From: Narcine bancroftii
Taxonomy: Eukaryota
Direction of reading: 5' to 3'
DNA: 64,000 nucleotides
Assembly (NCBI RefSeq): GCF_036971445.1
Contig: NC_091471.1
Location: forward strand, 368,652,001 to 368,716,000
The first letter of the stretch is position 1; every line of letters begins with the position of its first letter. The notes below the pieces were generated by a model that had not been told where the DNA came from, ran no database searches, and was given only the letters and a program-made list of their open reading frames with translations. Of this stretch, positions 50,066-63,554 are shown one piece after another. The position numbers and the translations under genes are program-made.

Positions 50066-53000
50066 TCATTATTATGTGAAAATGGATGGGTGGGAACATG
50101 AACGTGATTCGAGTGTAGAATTTGCATTGAAGCGATTATCCTCTAAATTGGGGCAGCTGCAGTGAGAAATTTCTCCATTCGAACAATGTTGAAAATGCTT
50201 TCAATATAATTTATATACAAAATATGTGTCATCCAGGCTGTTGATGAAAACACTGAGGAGGCACCATGTATTCAAATCTGTTTGATTACATTTTGGTTTT
50301 TTTTTGGCCAGATGGTCAGTTGAAGATGCTGAACAATTTAATCCATGACATTCACCATTTGAGCCCATTTACATTTCTTAAATACTGTATACTTAGTGTT
50401 TCCAGTTCTACCTAGTTAAAGTAAAATAACCTTTCTGTGCATAATATATAAACATTGACATTTGGCATCAATTCAAATATGAGAAATGCAACATGCCGGT
50501 TAAAGGTGGTAGATTATTGGTTAGGATGGGAAATGTTACCCAAATCTATCGATGCAGTTTTTCTATTCTGATTTTCTGTTATTCCACACACTCTTTCCTG
50601 AACCAATTAATTTGAGTCACTGGACATGAAAACACGTGTTTCGGCAATGGATTACATGCCGTCCCACAAGGGCCAAATTGCAGAAACCCTATTTTATTCT
50701 CATTACTTTTCTGCCAGTGCCAGATTTTGACACTCACCTGGACGTGAGGGATGATTTTCAGTGGACAATTAATCCACACGCCTTTGGAATGTGGAAGGAA
50801 ACTGTCGTGGTAACAGAGAAAAAGTGTAAACTCCTCTCAGACAAGAATGAAGGTGAGGAATGAACCCATTCACTGAGAGGCAGCAGTTGTTGATGAGCAG
50901 AAGAGCCTTTGTTGGGGCTTGGAAAAGTGTGCCTCCATGACATAACACAAGACATACATTTTTAATAATTGTTGCTATTAATTGTTATTGATATTTTAAT
51001 TTCCTTATTTTATTTACTGATTTAGTAAATACAACAAGCACTTGAGTCTGGCTTAAAAGATTCAAACCTGGCTTTGAATTGAGTGTGTGATCTGTGGCTC
51101 TGTCTGATCATTGTTTGCTCACATGTGTTTGACATTAATCTACGCTTGTGAATTACAATTGGACTGGAACTACTTTCTTATCAGCCAACAGCAATAGAGA
51201 TGAAAAAAAAAATCATGTGTACAGTACCAACATAGCTGTGACCACAGGAACTTGTATCTTATAATGGAACTCAGAAAAGAACCACTAAAAGTCCACCAGT
51301 GAAAGACAAGATCATTAGACATTGCCACAGAGATATTTGTATTTGAAGGTCAAGCCTTGTGTAAATACAATACTCAAAAGGTAGTTGCATCTTGCACTTA
51401 TTTCATTTGAGATATACCCAATACTTTTATTTATGATTCATGTTATGAAACAAAATACCAATGCTTGCATTTATCCTATTCTTTCGATCGGTACTGTCCT
51501 CTGAAACCTTCTTTCCCATTTGTTGTGTTCCTCAGTGCAGTCAAACAGATTTATTCAGGTTTTGGAGGTGTGAGAAAGGCCATCAAATCCAGATTCCATA
51601 AGAACTTGCGTGCATTCGTTGAAATTGATTGAAAGATAATATAAATAAATGGCCTTAATATAATGAGACAGAATGATATGATTCACCAAGTGGATTCCAC
51701 CATCTAAGTTATGCACCTTGAGGCACCTAAAGTGAACTCTTTAAACAAAAAGCACATGGGTTTTTGATCTTTCACATTGTTGCAAAATTTCTTATAACCA
51801 AAAACAGCTGAATGTAAGCCATGCCATGGGCTTTGAACTTGAAAGAATAAAATCACTGATGGCCTTGAATATTATGGAGGCTCAACCTCTGTCCTGACAG
51901 ACCAAACATTAGAAAGGATTCATCCATTTTCGTATGCAGCAGATATTGAATAAAGGTGAAATGCACGCAAACACGGCTTGAAATAGTTTCAGCTATTAAT
52001 ATGTATATTGATTGAATTTATTGCAGATGCATATTGGCTGATGTAGGTTTCAGATTAAAAAAGCTGTTGGAGATTTTCATTGAACAGGATGGACTTTTAG
52101 AAGGTTGGGGAAATGATTTGCTGCAATATTGAGTGCACTTTTCTGAAAACACATGAAGATATACATTTATTCATTTGATCTTCACAAGCAGAGAAGCAGA
52201 TGCTTTTGCTAGGTCAACTGCTTGAAAAGCATATCAATGCTGACAGGAGTTACTGACCACCATCATTAAAGCTCTCAATTTGAAATATTAAAAGTTAAAC
52301 TATCTGCTAACACACATTTCCTTCATCCTGGATTCCAAAGGGTATGCTGAAGATGATGTATTTAATGTTCTTCCCTACACTTGTACATCAAAATAAGGAC
52401 ACTCTGAAAGCTCTGACTGGATTAATTCCATAAATGTTGAACAAAATAGGAGCAAGAATGGGTCACTCATCCTATTTTTGAATACGATCATGGATCCTCT
52501 GCTCCACGGGTCATCTCTGTGCTAATCCCCATAAAATATGTCTATCTTTAAGTACCCCAGCGATCTCCACAATCTTTAGAGTAGAGAATTCATCACCTGC
52601 TGCGACAAGTTTCCACATTAAGCTCCACTGGTCAAGCTTTTCCCCAACTATATCTCACTACAGATTCCAAATATCTTTTTGGAATGTATATCCTCCCACA
52701 TATCTTCTCACCTTTTTTTTTAATCATCAGGCAAACTTGGAAACCTTGCACTCTGGGAATTAACAAATAATGAGATACCCGTACAAAAATTGGGGAACTC
52801 CACTAGTTAAACATCCTTCTAGCCTGCCTTTGACCCATGTACTCCAACTCTGTCTTCCATGTGATGAGCAATCTTCGTGCCAAAATATAAGATAATCTGT
52901 TGCCTGAATAGGCAGATTTAAGAAAACATTTGGGCTCATTGAACAGATTCTGCAAACCTTTAAGGATGAAACCTTTTTCTTTCCTTTGTCTTAAATCCAC

Positions 53001-55381
53001 AGGCGTTCACTTTTATTTTCAGAATAGATATAGAACATAGGACATTACAGCACAGTACAGGCCCTTTGGCCCTTGATGTTGTGCCAACCCATATTTTTTT
53101 TAAAAATACTAACCCTTCCCTATCCCGTAACCCTCTATTTTTCTTCCATCCATGTGAAAAATCTATAAATTGATTTGCAAGACTTTTACTAAGAATTAAA
53201 AATGTTACATTAGAATAAACCCCTATATTCTGTGTCATTTTGACATATTTGTCAGTTCCATTCCTTTGAGTCAACAGTTTATAATAGCATTAACATTGAC
53301 AGCATATATTTTTGTCATAACTTTAATGGAACAAATGTCGTAGGGCATTTCTCAGAGCTGTTAACCAACTGCGTTCGATAACTTGAGTACCAATTTCCAC
53401 TTCATTACTATATAATTGCTGCATTATTACAAGTGCTGTACTTCAGATAATTTGACAGATTTGTCCACCTATTCAGGTCTTGTGTTGCTTCCCATTAGAA
53501 TGCGACATGCCAGGTGACTTTTCCTTTAAACTGATTCAAGCCCTCCTCATGTTCTAAATCTGTAAGGACAAACAAATGAAAACAATTTTCAAAGAGTTCC
53601 AATTAAAAATGTTACATAACTGTGGGGTGTGTTTACTTTTTCAAAATCTTCAAGTTCTTGCTTGCTTTGTATTTGAAGCATGCTTTAAGGAATTGTGATT
53701 CTGGGTGGGAAATGCTTTTTGAGTCCAAGCTATTTCCAGGAGAGGCAGCATGTGTTCTTAATTTGTCTTTTCTAACTGCTTTTACTTTTCTGGAGGCCTT
53801 TCCAGATCAACGGCAGGAAAACAATTTCTAATTACATTGTTGAAAGCTGTTCATTACTACCAGAATGAATGATTGTTTTTTTTTAAGTATGGAATAGATA
53901 AATATGTAAAAGGGCTTTGGGCAAAGTTGTTGATGTGGTATTTCTCTTTGGAGATTCAACTAAATTATTGTTAAAATACTGTTGAGAAAAGATCATACAA
54001 TGCAAACATAAATGGAACATAAACCCAGAAATTCATTCTTATGTTTCACATTGCAACTGGACAAACCACACCAAGAAAAAATTGAAAACCAACCATGTTC
54101 TTCATAAGTATAAAGTCGATGAGAATCTGCAGAGACATTCAAGTTTAGATTGCATGCCTCCTGTTCTTTTTACAATTTTATTTTGCAAAGGTCATTTCAT
54201 CAGGCACTCCTAATTTCTTCCACTGTTGCACCTGTGTTTGTCTTTTTAAGTTCTGATGTGGTGAACCCTTTGCTCAACCTCATTGTTTTCCAATTACATT
54301 CACTTTGTAGAGGCCTTTATGATTTCTAAAATATTTTGTCAATGCCAAATATTGGTTGAGAAGAGGAAAAAGGTTCAGAGTACAATTATGTTTAATTTGT
54401 ACATAGCATTTTAGGGTCATTGTTGCCTTTACTTTTCCCTTGTTTCACTTTTCACATGAATAAAGAAATCAAATCAAAATGGTGATAGCAAAACATTAAC
54501 ACAGTTTCTTGTTTAGTCATTTTAATGGAAGTAAAATAGTTCCCATCAAATATGAATAAATTTCATTACACTCATGAACTAAGGTCTTTTCACAGAAAAC
54601 CATTCAATGTTAATTGTGTTCACAATCTTAGATTGAACAAATCTCCCTTGCAGTAGGAGGGTAGTGCTAAATAATCTTCTCATGGTGGAAACGGATAACA
54701 ACCAAAGTTATGCTGTGACCTGTCTCTAGCTAATATTTACAGTGCACAATTTTGTAACAGCGGGAATTTGATTTTTATGTGACAATTGAGAAAGAATTCC
54801 TTTGAATTTGCTCACATAGATGTTAAGCAAATGCAAAGTTTTGCTTTTATTATTTAAAATACCCTAAATTATTCCCATTGCAGATATGATAAATCTCAGC
54901 TTGTCTTTTCTGTTATAATAATTTTATTTTCAATAATAGTTACTTTTCTTAACTTTGTCAAGATTTCTTGCATTTTGTTTTAAAACTAAACCTGATTGGG
55001 TGAAGTTCGAATTGAATTCATATTGTAATTTTAATGCATATTGTTTAACTTGAAACATTTTCTCTTTCATCATATTTTCTTGATTATGGAGGAACCAGGG
55101 GAGTAAATGCTTGAGATAAAGGATTCCTTTGATATCTTTAATACCTTTGTGGATTACTTAGTCGATTCATTCAATATTGACTTGTGATAAAATGTTTCCA
55201 ATTTTCTTTGGCAATTTAGTGGAGACTGTTTTTGTATGATGTCTGCTTAAGGGTTAAAATACAGATTTTCAATTTTACAGCATTCAATTTCAATAAATAA
55301 CTGCATGAATGAATAAAATACCATGTTTTCTGTAAATATTGACAATGCAGAAATTGTGCAATATGTCAGTTTTGTTGTATG

Positions 55382-55972
55382 CAGGCACTCCCCAACTTAC
55401 AACCGTAATGGGGACCGAAGAATCGGTCGTATCTCGGAATGGGCGTGTCAGAATAGTGCCTGTGCGTGTGGAGTACTGAAATCTTAAACTTTTTAATTAA
55501 ATCTTTATTTCATTGTACATTTGACAATAACAACTTAAAGTTTCCTGAATTTGTCAATCAACCTTGGCAAATCTTTCCATATTCTCCTCCTTGCTTACCA
55601 AGTTAGTCATATTGGGGTTAGGTTGGCGCATGCGCATGAGTTAAGTACACTGACGATATTGAATTCGCATCTTTAACTCTTGCACGTACGCCAACCAAAC
55701 TTCAGTACATGAACCCACCACACATGCGCCTACTGAAGATTCGCACAGGAATTGAGATGGCCGTACCTAGCTCTGGGACCCAGTAACACTGACTAACAAA
55801 GTAAATACGCACATTTTGGCTCTTACATGCCCTAGATCCCTCTTTTCGTTTGTGAAATAAAATGTAAGTTTTGTAAATTTTATATTTGTTATTTATATAT
55901 AAATCTTTTAAATATTTGGTCATGTGTGTGGATGGTCGGAAATCGCTTAGGTCGTAAGTCAGGGACTACCTG
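55382..55972. mobile_element. Tigger/pogo-like MITE
   Basis: TIRs CAGGCACTCCCCAACTTACAACC and GGTCGTAAGTCAGGGACTACCTG|TA. CpG-rich interior. Confidence 0.8.
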
Positions 55973-56179
55973 TATACTGTATGTACGTTGTTATTCTGTT
56001 TGTATATTCCAAGCATCTGCAGTCAACTAATAGTTAGAAGCCTTTGTTTTTAATTTGTATGCTGCAAAATGTCATAATTTGTAGAATTCACTGATATTTA
56101 TTTGCCTTCGGCAGAGGGCTGAGTCTGGCTCACTCATTATACTATCTAATATACAATATGTTATCACAAAATTGCATAA

Positions 56180-56420
56180 TATAAATACTGATGCAAAAAC
56201 ACTGTTTAAGATCTCCCCCATTACATGAGGCTCCATACACAGATGACCACTCTGATCCTCTAGGGGACCAATTTTGTCCCTTACTATCATTTTACTCTTA
56301 ATATACTTGTAGAAACCCTTTGGGTTTCCCTTCACATTATCTGCCAAAGGAACCTTGTGTCTCTTTTTGCCTTCCTAATTTCCTCCTTGAGTATTTTCTT
56401 GCATTTTCTGTTCCCTTCAG
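56180..56420 (-). mobile_element. CR1 ORF2 internal fragment
   Basis: KGNPKGFYKYIKSK...IGPLEDQSG...FASVF. Confidence 0.85.
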
Positions 56421-58436
56421 GTTTTGTATAAAGTTATAGAAATATTCGTAATGCACCATTTGTCTACCAGTCCACAGCTTGTGGCCCATTAATCCCATCT
56501 CTCCACTTCTTCCTCCATAATTCTCAGTTCTTTCTCCTCCAAGGATTTGGAACTTTTTTGAGCCACAATTGTGTCTGTCTTCATAATGGAATTATAATAC
56601 TGAATTATCATAATGAACTGTAGTCGTTCAAACATCATGACTGGAAAGTTATTGATAATCAGAAACTGACTATAGTTCCGTTTAATTGCTGCATAGGTCA
56701 TATATTATTTGTTTTTTGAACGAATAAATAAAGTTTTAAAAAAACGAAACCGACTACAGTCAATCTGCAGCATCTTCCCTTGCCTAAATTAAGAGTCTGC
56801 AACAAATATCTGTATTTTAAGTCTTTGCGTTTTTGATTTTAATCTTCTGTGGCAGGCTTTCCTTGTTAGTGGACTATTTCATGTGCTAAATCTAGCTGCT
56901 TGCGCAAGCCCCAGCTGTCAGTGTACTTAATTTCCTCAATGAGGAATGATCACACAGAAGTTAAAACCGCTATGACATCATTGTAAGTTTCCTGAGAAAA
57001 TATCTGCAGCTGGTTACAGGGAAATCCTATATTCACTTTATGCAATAAAGGTTAGTTCAACTTGCATTTTAATTTGGAGATTATCACAGCTGCTGCGTCG
57101 AGATTTGTGCCAGTTATCGTCCAACTTTTGTATACATGGTACTGTGTATTAATTAACTTTTTAATGTTTGTTCATTATGCAAATATTCAAGTGTCCCAGC
57201 ATAAAACATTGTGACTTGATATTGTTGTGATATTTTATTGTTGAGCGAGATAAAGAGGAACAATTCACTTGCTTCAATATACAATCATTAATGCATCTAA
57301 GAAAACTGATGCACAGTTGATATTATTTCTTAGTTGAAGTGTACTGTTTGCATGAAAATATTTCACTGGTTGAAGTTGACAAGGTAATACTTTGAGATGG
57401 TCAAAAATGCAAGCCATTCCAAGCAGGTTAGCTGAAAAAGAACATTCTGTTCCGGGGAAATCTGGAGAATCCATGCTAACCTCTTGACAGGTTTGCATGT
57501 GTTTGTGATTAGAATAATGCTGCAGGTCACATTTTATAGCTAGTTTGTGCCATCGCCGTTTTGGACCCATTGGCCATTGACCATCTGCTTTTGAAATCCA
57601 TGAAAGTGGATCTACATGTGTGAAAGCATTTAAAAAAAACAAAGTACCTTTTTCTTGAATGTGTGCCAGCAAAATCTTCTCATGCTTTAATAAATCTTGC
57701 ACATATTTAGTAAACTGCCTCTGGTTTTTTTGTGCAGCCCATTCACTGAATGACTCACAGATGTAAAATTGCATTGATTGTACAAAAAAGTAAAGGAAGC
57801 AGAGGTGTACAATAATATCCAAGAGATTCTTTCTTGAAACTCCAGTTCATTCTGTTATCACCACAGAACATGGGAATTGTGAGAATCTGGGTTTCAAAGT
57901 GTACACCATCTTTCCAGGAACTTTTCTTGTTCAATCCTTAATGTCAGTTAATTTTCAAGATTGAAATTTGTTTCATCATTGCCTTAGTTCCATTACGAAG
58001 CTCCAGTTTTCATCTGCGTAGATTTTTCAGATAAAAGAACAAGATGGGTATAACTTATTTTTTTGCCTCCTCTTTGGTTCTAATTTTATTTAACTTATGA
58101 AGTTATTTTGCTTTCTATAATTTCAGGTAATTTAAAATAAAAATCAAACTCAATTTGAGTGTGGCTATAAATCTAATGAAACTGCTCTTTTTATTTTCCC
58201 TGTATGTTCCCCTACTTTAATAGAGAATTGGCAGGATGCCTTACTTCAGATATCCTTCAAGAGATTAGATTTGACTTTTTCTTCAAGACACAGGAGAATA
58301 AAAATGGCAGAATGGATAAGAGCACTGGCCAGAGTAATGTTGAACCAGTCTGAATTTAAAGATCTTGGCCAGAAGATGGGGCTTGAGGTGGATGGGATGG
58401 GGCTGTGTATGGGGAAATACTATTTAGATTTAAGTA

Positions 58437-58913
58437 CAGCACAACTCCAACGATCTGAAATCAGATTATCCAAAATCCTCAGTTATCCCAAACTTTTTGG
58501 ACCTGAAAGTGACATCTGTCCAGAAATCCTCATTTATCCAAAAAAATTTCCAAGCCGAAATAACATCATCTCACCTCTGAAAATTTTCAGGTAAATGAAG
58601 ATATCTGAAACAATCAGAAATCCTCAGTTATCCGAAAATTTTTCGGAGCCGAACTGACGTCACGGGTTGAGAACATTTTTAATTTAAAAAGATCTTATTT
58701 TGTCATGGTTGTTTTTTGGTGAGAATTAAACATTATTTCATGCTTAAAAAGCCCTCCCTTATTATAATAATAATTATTATTATTTAAACACTGTTAGAAG
58801 TGGATTCGCTGATGCTACTGAGCTGTGTTTTTAAAAAATGACAATTTATCAGAAAATATAATTTATTCAAACTAGACCCGGTCCCAACCATTTTGGATTA
58901 TCAGAGTTGTCTG
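58437..58913. mobile_element. Tigger/pogo-like MITE
   Basis: TA|CAGCACAACTCC...GAGTTGTCTG|TA, with three internal AATCCTCA(G/T)TTATCC repeats. Confidence 0.75.
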
Positions 58914-58932
58914 TATTTGCTGTCTAGTAAAA

Positions 58933-59190
58933 GGTGGCACGGTTGGTGTAGCGGTTAGCACAACGCCTTTAAAGCGCCAGCGATCAGGACCAGACCAGGA
59001 TTCAAATCCCACGCTGTCTGTAAAGAGTTTGTACGTTCTCCCCGTGTCTGTGAGAGTTTTCTCCGGGGCTCTGGTTTCTTCCCACCATTAAAAAAACATC
59101 CCAGGGGTGTAGGTTAATGGGGTGTAAATTGGGAAGCACAGACTTGTGGGCCAAAATGGCCTGTTACTGTGCTGTATGTCTAACTTTAAA
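58933..59190 (+). mobile_element. tRNA-derived V-domain SINE
   Basis: A box TGGTGTAGCGG (58944-58954), B box GGATTCAAATCC (58998-59009), GAGTTTGTACGTTCTCCCCGTGTCTG core and a CR1-like tail. Confidence 0.9.
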
Positions 59191-60417
59191 TTTAACTCCT
59201 GCTGCTGAAGGACATCCCAAGTTAAGGAGGTCATAAGGTTTTGCTGTGACGCCCCAGTTGTGAAGCTTGCAGTATAAGTTCACACAATGTAGCTTAAATC
59301 TATAGAGATGCTTCAGTCTGCAAAACCATGTACATCATTATAAATCAGACAGAAATAGTCCCATTGTGTAGTTGATAAAAGTCTTTATCCATGTAAACAT
59401 TTGTACTTTCTCATTGAGGGAGCACTGGGAATTCATTTTAAAATTGCTGTGCAATTTTGAGGAAATTTAATTCTGAAGGTCAAATACATTTTCCGTAGGT
59501 TATGACATTGTTTCATGATTCTGAACGTTTTAAGTGCTAAACTAAACAATGGCCATGCATGAAAAACAATTTAGCTTAGTACAATCCCAGTTGTATTTAA
59601 TGCATCTGCCAGCTAGTTATTCAAATATTTATGAAGGCTTTAATAATAAACTGAAAAAAATGCTTTGTGGTTCTGCAAAGTTTACAATTCGTAATGACTT
59701 TAGCCTGCAATTATATTGCAGGTTGTTGGATCATTGACAAGAGATTTTGCTTTCACGTTAACACAAATGTGAGAGTTTAACCAAGCCAAGTTGTGTGAAA
59801 TGTCTTCCTAGAGGTTTCCACAGTAACTAGAGTTTCTCTGTTTCAGGGTTGTTTTTAGCACCTGTGGACTACAAAGGGGAAAGAGTTAGTTACAACTGAA
59901 CTTTGTAGTATTGTTGCATTTTTTAAAAAAGTATTGGTCAAACTACATTTTGAGTTATAGTTTTCACTGAATTGTTTACTAATGTAGAGTGTAATCCTCA
60001 AAACAGCCAAATAAATAATCATCAGAACATAAAAAGTGACTTTCCGACCTGCATTTGAAATGCCCAGATTTTTGACAGTACAGAGTATATTGTTGGCATG
60101 GTATCTTATCTAAGATCTCTGAACTGAGAGAAGTGTACACTTTGGAAATGACAAACTTAAGATATTGTATTGCAGTCAAATTCTCTGATGATGAACTTTG
60201 TGTCATGTATGAAAAATGTCAGGCAATAGGATTGTCAGTGACAGGGCTTTATGCCTCAGCTGAGCCTTCCATTTACAAATCCCATCATATTGTGGAGGCA
60301 GTGGTGGTGTAGGGGAGGACTAGAGTGATAGAGAAATAATTTATGGGTCCCAGAACAAGAGGCACCCATGAAAATGGTAACACTTGACTAAGCTTTGGCC
60401 TGGTGGCACATGGTGAT

Positions 60418-60790
60418 GTTCAACTGACCTAAAAAGTGTTTTTCCATTGATTCTCATTTGTACTCAGCATCTGATGCCCCTCGTGTCAGTGTCCAATAAT
60501 AGTCGACCAGCATTGATGGATTCTAGTTGCCCTGATACAGCTTTTCTATGTTTGTCACTGACGGCACCAAGATCAGCAGGGAAGGAGTCCAAGTGCAAAT
60601 ACGAAAAAGAATTTTCAATGACACGTTGCACTTCATGGCTTTGAATGATTGAAGTTGACTTAAACTATGACAGGAATCACAAAAATGTAAAAAGAAAGCA
60701 GAATTTTTAGGTGATCTTTGTGATCAGCAACCCAAAATCCATAAAATACACCCAAAAGTGTTCGGAAAGAAAAATCTTCATTGTCCAGTG
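60418..60790 (-). mobile_element. Chapaev3-like (CMC superfamily) DNA transposon remnant
   Basis: Minus strand begins CACTGGACAA and then gives frameshifted AMKCNVSLKI..HLDSFPADLGAVSDKH...YQGN*NPSMLVDYYWTLTRGASDAEYK. Confidence 0.75.
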
Positions 60791-62924
60791 AAATTAATCG
60801 AACTATAAAAGAAATTCTAAAAGTCATTTTAAGTTAAAGAGCTAAAGCCTTTACAACGTAAAAAGATTTAAAGATACTGAGGCAATTAAAGAAAATTTTA
60901 AAAAGTTTCAGTCTCTTGAAGCCAATGAAGCAGTGGAAGAAAACTACAAGCTGGTTCTTCACCTGGACTGAAGACTTGCCACAGCTTTGCGCTCCAACAC
61001 TGTGTACAAAGTGCTGTAAGATGCCAATACTGAGAAGCTGCCTGCAAATTTGATACTTCCACATTTGTACGCCCATGTCTGGAAATCCTAACCTGGCTGG
61101 CAATTTATGTGAAGAATACTGACAGTTCTGTTAGTATTTCAAAGCAAGACTTGCTCTGTGGAGTTGAATGGGAAGGCCAAGTGCAATACACAATCATGTT
61201 GGAGAAACTCAGCTGGTTGCTCCAAGATTTTACGCTGAGTTTCTCCAAGACTTGCTCATTACCTCTTTTATAATTATTAGCTTTCCCTCTCCATTTGCTG
61301 AGCTTGCATTGGAAGAACCACATTGTGATGTGTTATGTGCCTCTGTTCTGTTCTTCATTTTGGTTAAAGGGAATGAGGTCATTTAGTTTACACCAATGTT
61401 TGTGATTTCCTCAATGGCATGGTGTGCTTGGGAATGTATTTAGTTTTGTTCACCTTTGACTCTGAGATGTGCCTGTGTGAAAGGAGAACAGCTACAGAAG
61501 ATGGACTGTTAAAAAAGGAAATGTTATCAATTATCAAATCAAAGTGGGACATATTGACTCAAAGGTAATTTCCCCCAGGGGATTCCAGAGTATGAGTCTT
61601 ATAATACTGACTTAAATCTCTCATTGCTGGAACTAATAGCCAACCCAATCCATCTACAGTCCAAGAAATTGGATCGTGCAAGGAGGTAGTGTGTAGCCCA
61701 AGTGGAAAGAAAGGCCTTTGCCATCTGGAAGAAGGTTGTCTTCTTCAGCTTGTTTAGCAAGATAGTGCTAACATCATTTGATGCAAAGGTCGAAGGGAAA
61801 AGTTCACATCTTTGTCTAAGAGCCCATTTAATCCTGATTGACAGGCCTTTCATCATCACCATGTGGTTAAAATGCAGTTATATTGAGCTGTAACACAGAT
61901 TTATCAGGTTCTGTTGATCCTCCTGTCAGTTGAATGTCACGTATTTATTAAGTTTTGAGTACTTTTAAGTTTATAATATTTTGGTTTATTGCCACTTTGG
62001 TCTTATTTAATTGAATGTGTTATTGAAATAGTTAATGATTGCCTTTTACCCTCACACACTAAGATATCTTTGAGCAGCTTTTTGCAATACTGATGCTTTT
62101 GTTCAGTGATTAGATTGCTGTGGATTTGTTTAACAGTGCCAACTCGCTCTAAGAAACTCGTATGCATTTAAAGTTTACATAGTGGAGTTCCTAATTTTAA
62201 AAGAACATAAAGCAGCATGGAAAATCCTAGACATATGCAATTCTTTCAGAGCCTTAAATAGAAAAGAATTTTAGTTCCAATGAGGCGACCATAATGCAAA
62301 ATGAATTGTTCTTTTGTTGGCTTATCAGGATATCAAGTATCGTAAATCTCTGAGTTTCTAATTGGATAAAAAGTTGTGAAAAATCACAGCAGGATTATTC
62401 ATGGTGTTTACTTTTTCTCATCACGTGCTAAAGACCTGCTGAGGCAAGCAAGAAAGGTCACTACACCGTCGCTTGCAACTAAGTAAGAGAATGTTAGATG
62501 TTCAAATATATATTGTTGCATCTACAATATTGAAAACCTAAAAGAACGTAAAAAGCTAGCACAAGCAGTGCTAAGTCAATATTAACTCACAGAATACTCT
62601 GATTTAATATCTGCAAGTATTTTCCATTTTTAATTGCGCATTATATATTTCTGTGGAATTTTTGTCCCGTTTTCATATGTATTTCAAATCTACATTATTT
62701 AATAGGTGATTCAGTATTATGATAAATGGGTCAGAAACTCCAATTAAAATGTAAAAGTGAAGTAGGAATTAAGTAATGTTAAAATAACAAAAGATCAAAT
62801 GTGAGGTAAGGCATAATACTTCCTAAATGCCAATGTAAGATTTTTCATGTGCATTGATGACATGGTTGATTTTTTAAAAATACATTGATAAAAGCATTTG
62901 AGGGAACATGCATACATTCATACA

Positions 62925-63145
62925 TACATACAGCAAAGTTACAGGCCTTTTCGGCCATTGAGCCCATGCCACCTAATTACACCCAATTGACCTACAACCA
63001 GCAGTACATTTTGAATGCTTGGAGGAAACCAGACACTGAGAGAACATGCAAACTTCTTACAGACAGTGCGGGATTCGAACCCAGGTCCAGATTGCTGGCG
63101 CTGTCATGGCATTGCGCTAACCTCTAAGCCAACCATTCCACCACA
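62925..63145 (-). mobile_element. tRNA-derived V-domain SINE
   Basis: Minus-strand B box GGTTCGAATCC, homologous to 58933-59190. Confidence 0.85.
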
Positions 63146-63554
63146 TGAGAAAATAAAATAAATTTGTGGTAATTTTGCAGTGATCAACATTGGGGCTTTT
63201 AGAAAAGAAGAAGCTAGATGAGGAATTCTTCCATTTGCACACATACAATTAAAAGTGGAGATGAAGAAATAACTCTCATTTACTCTGATCCTTTGCAAGC
63301 AATGCAAAATGGGTTACTTTGCAGATAGATTCAGTATTCGAATACTCGATGACAATGTTGTGATATGTCCATGTAAATAACTCAAGACACATAAAAATTT
63401 CAATTGTATTATGAATCTTTATTGTTAAAATGGCACTAAATTTTAATTTTCAAAAACATGGTTTCATTCAAAGTTTGTAAAAACTTTTTAATCATTTAAC
63501 AATAAATTTCTTTACTTCTAGTCTCTCTTTTCTGTCAGTTTCTCTTTCTTGATT

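Noticed and set aside
58933-59015. tRNA gene
   Set aside because: A and B boxes are present but run into a SINE body, no cloverleaf is evident, and there are several dispersed copies.
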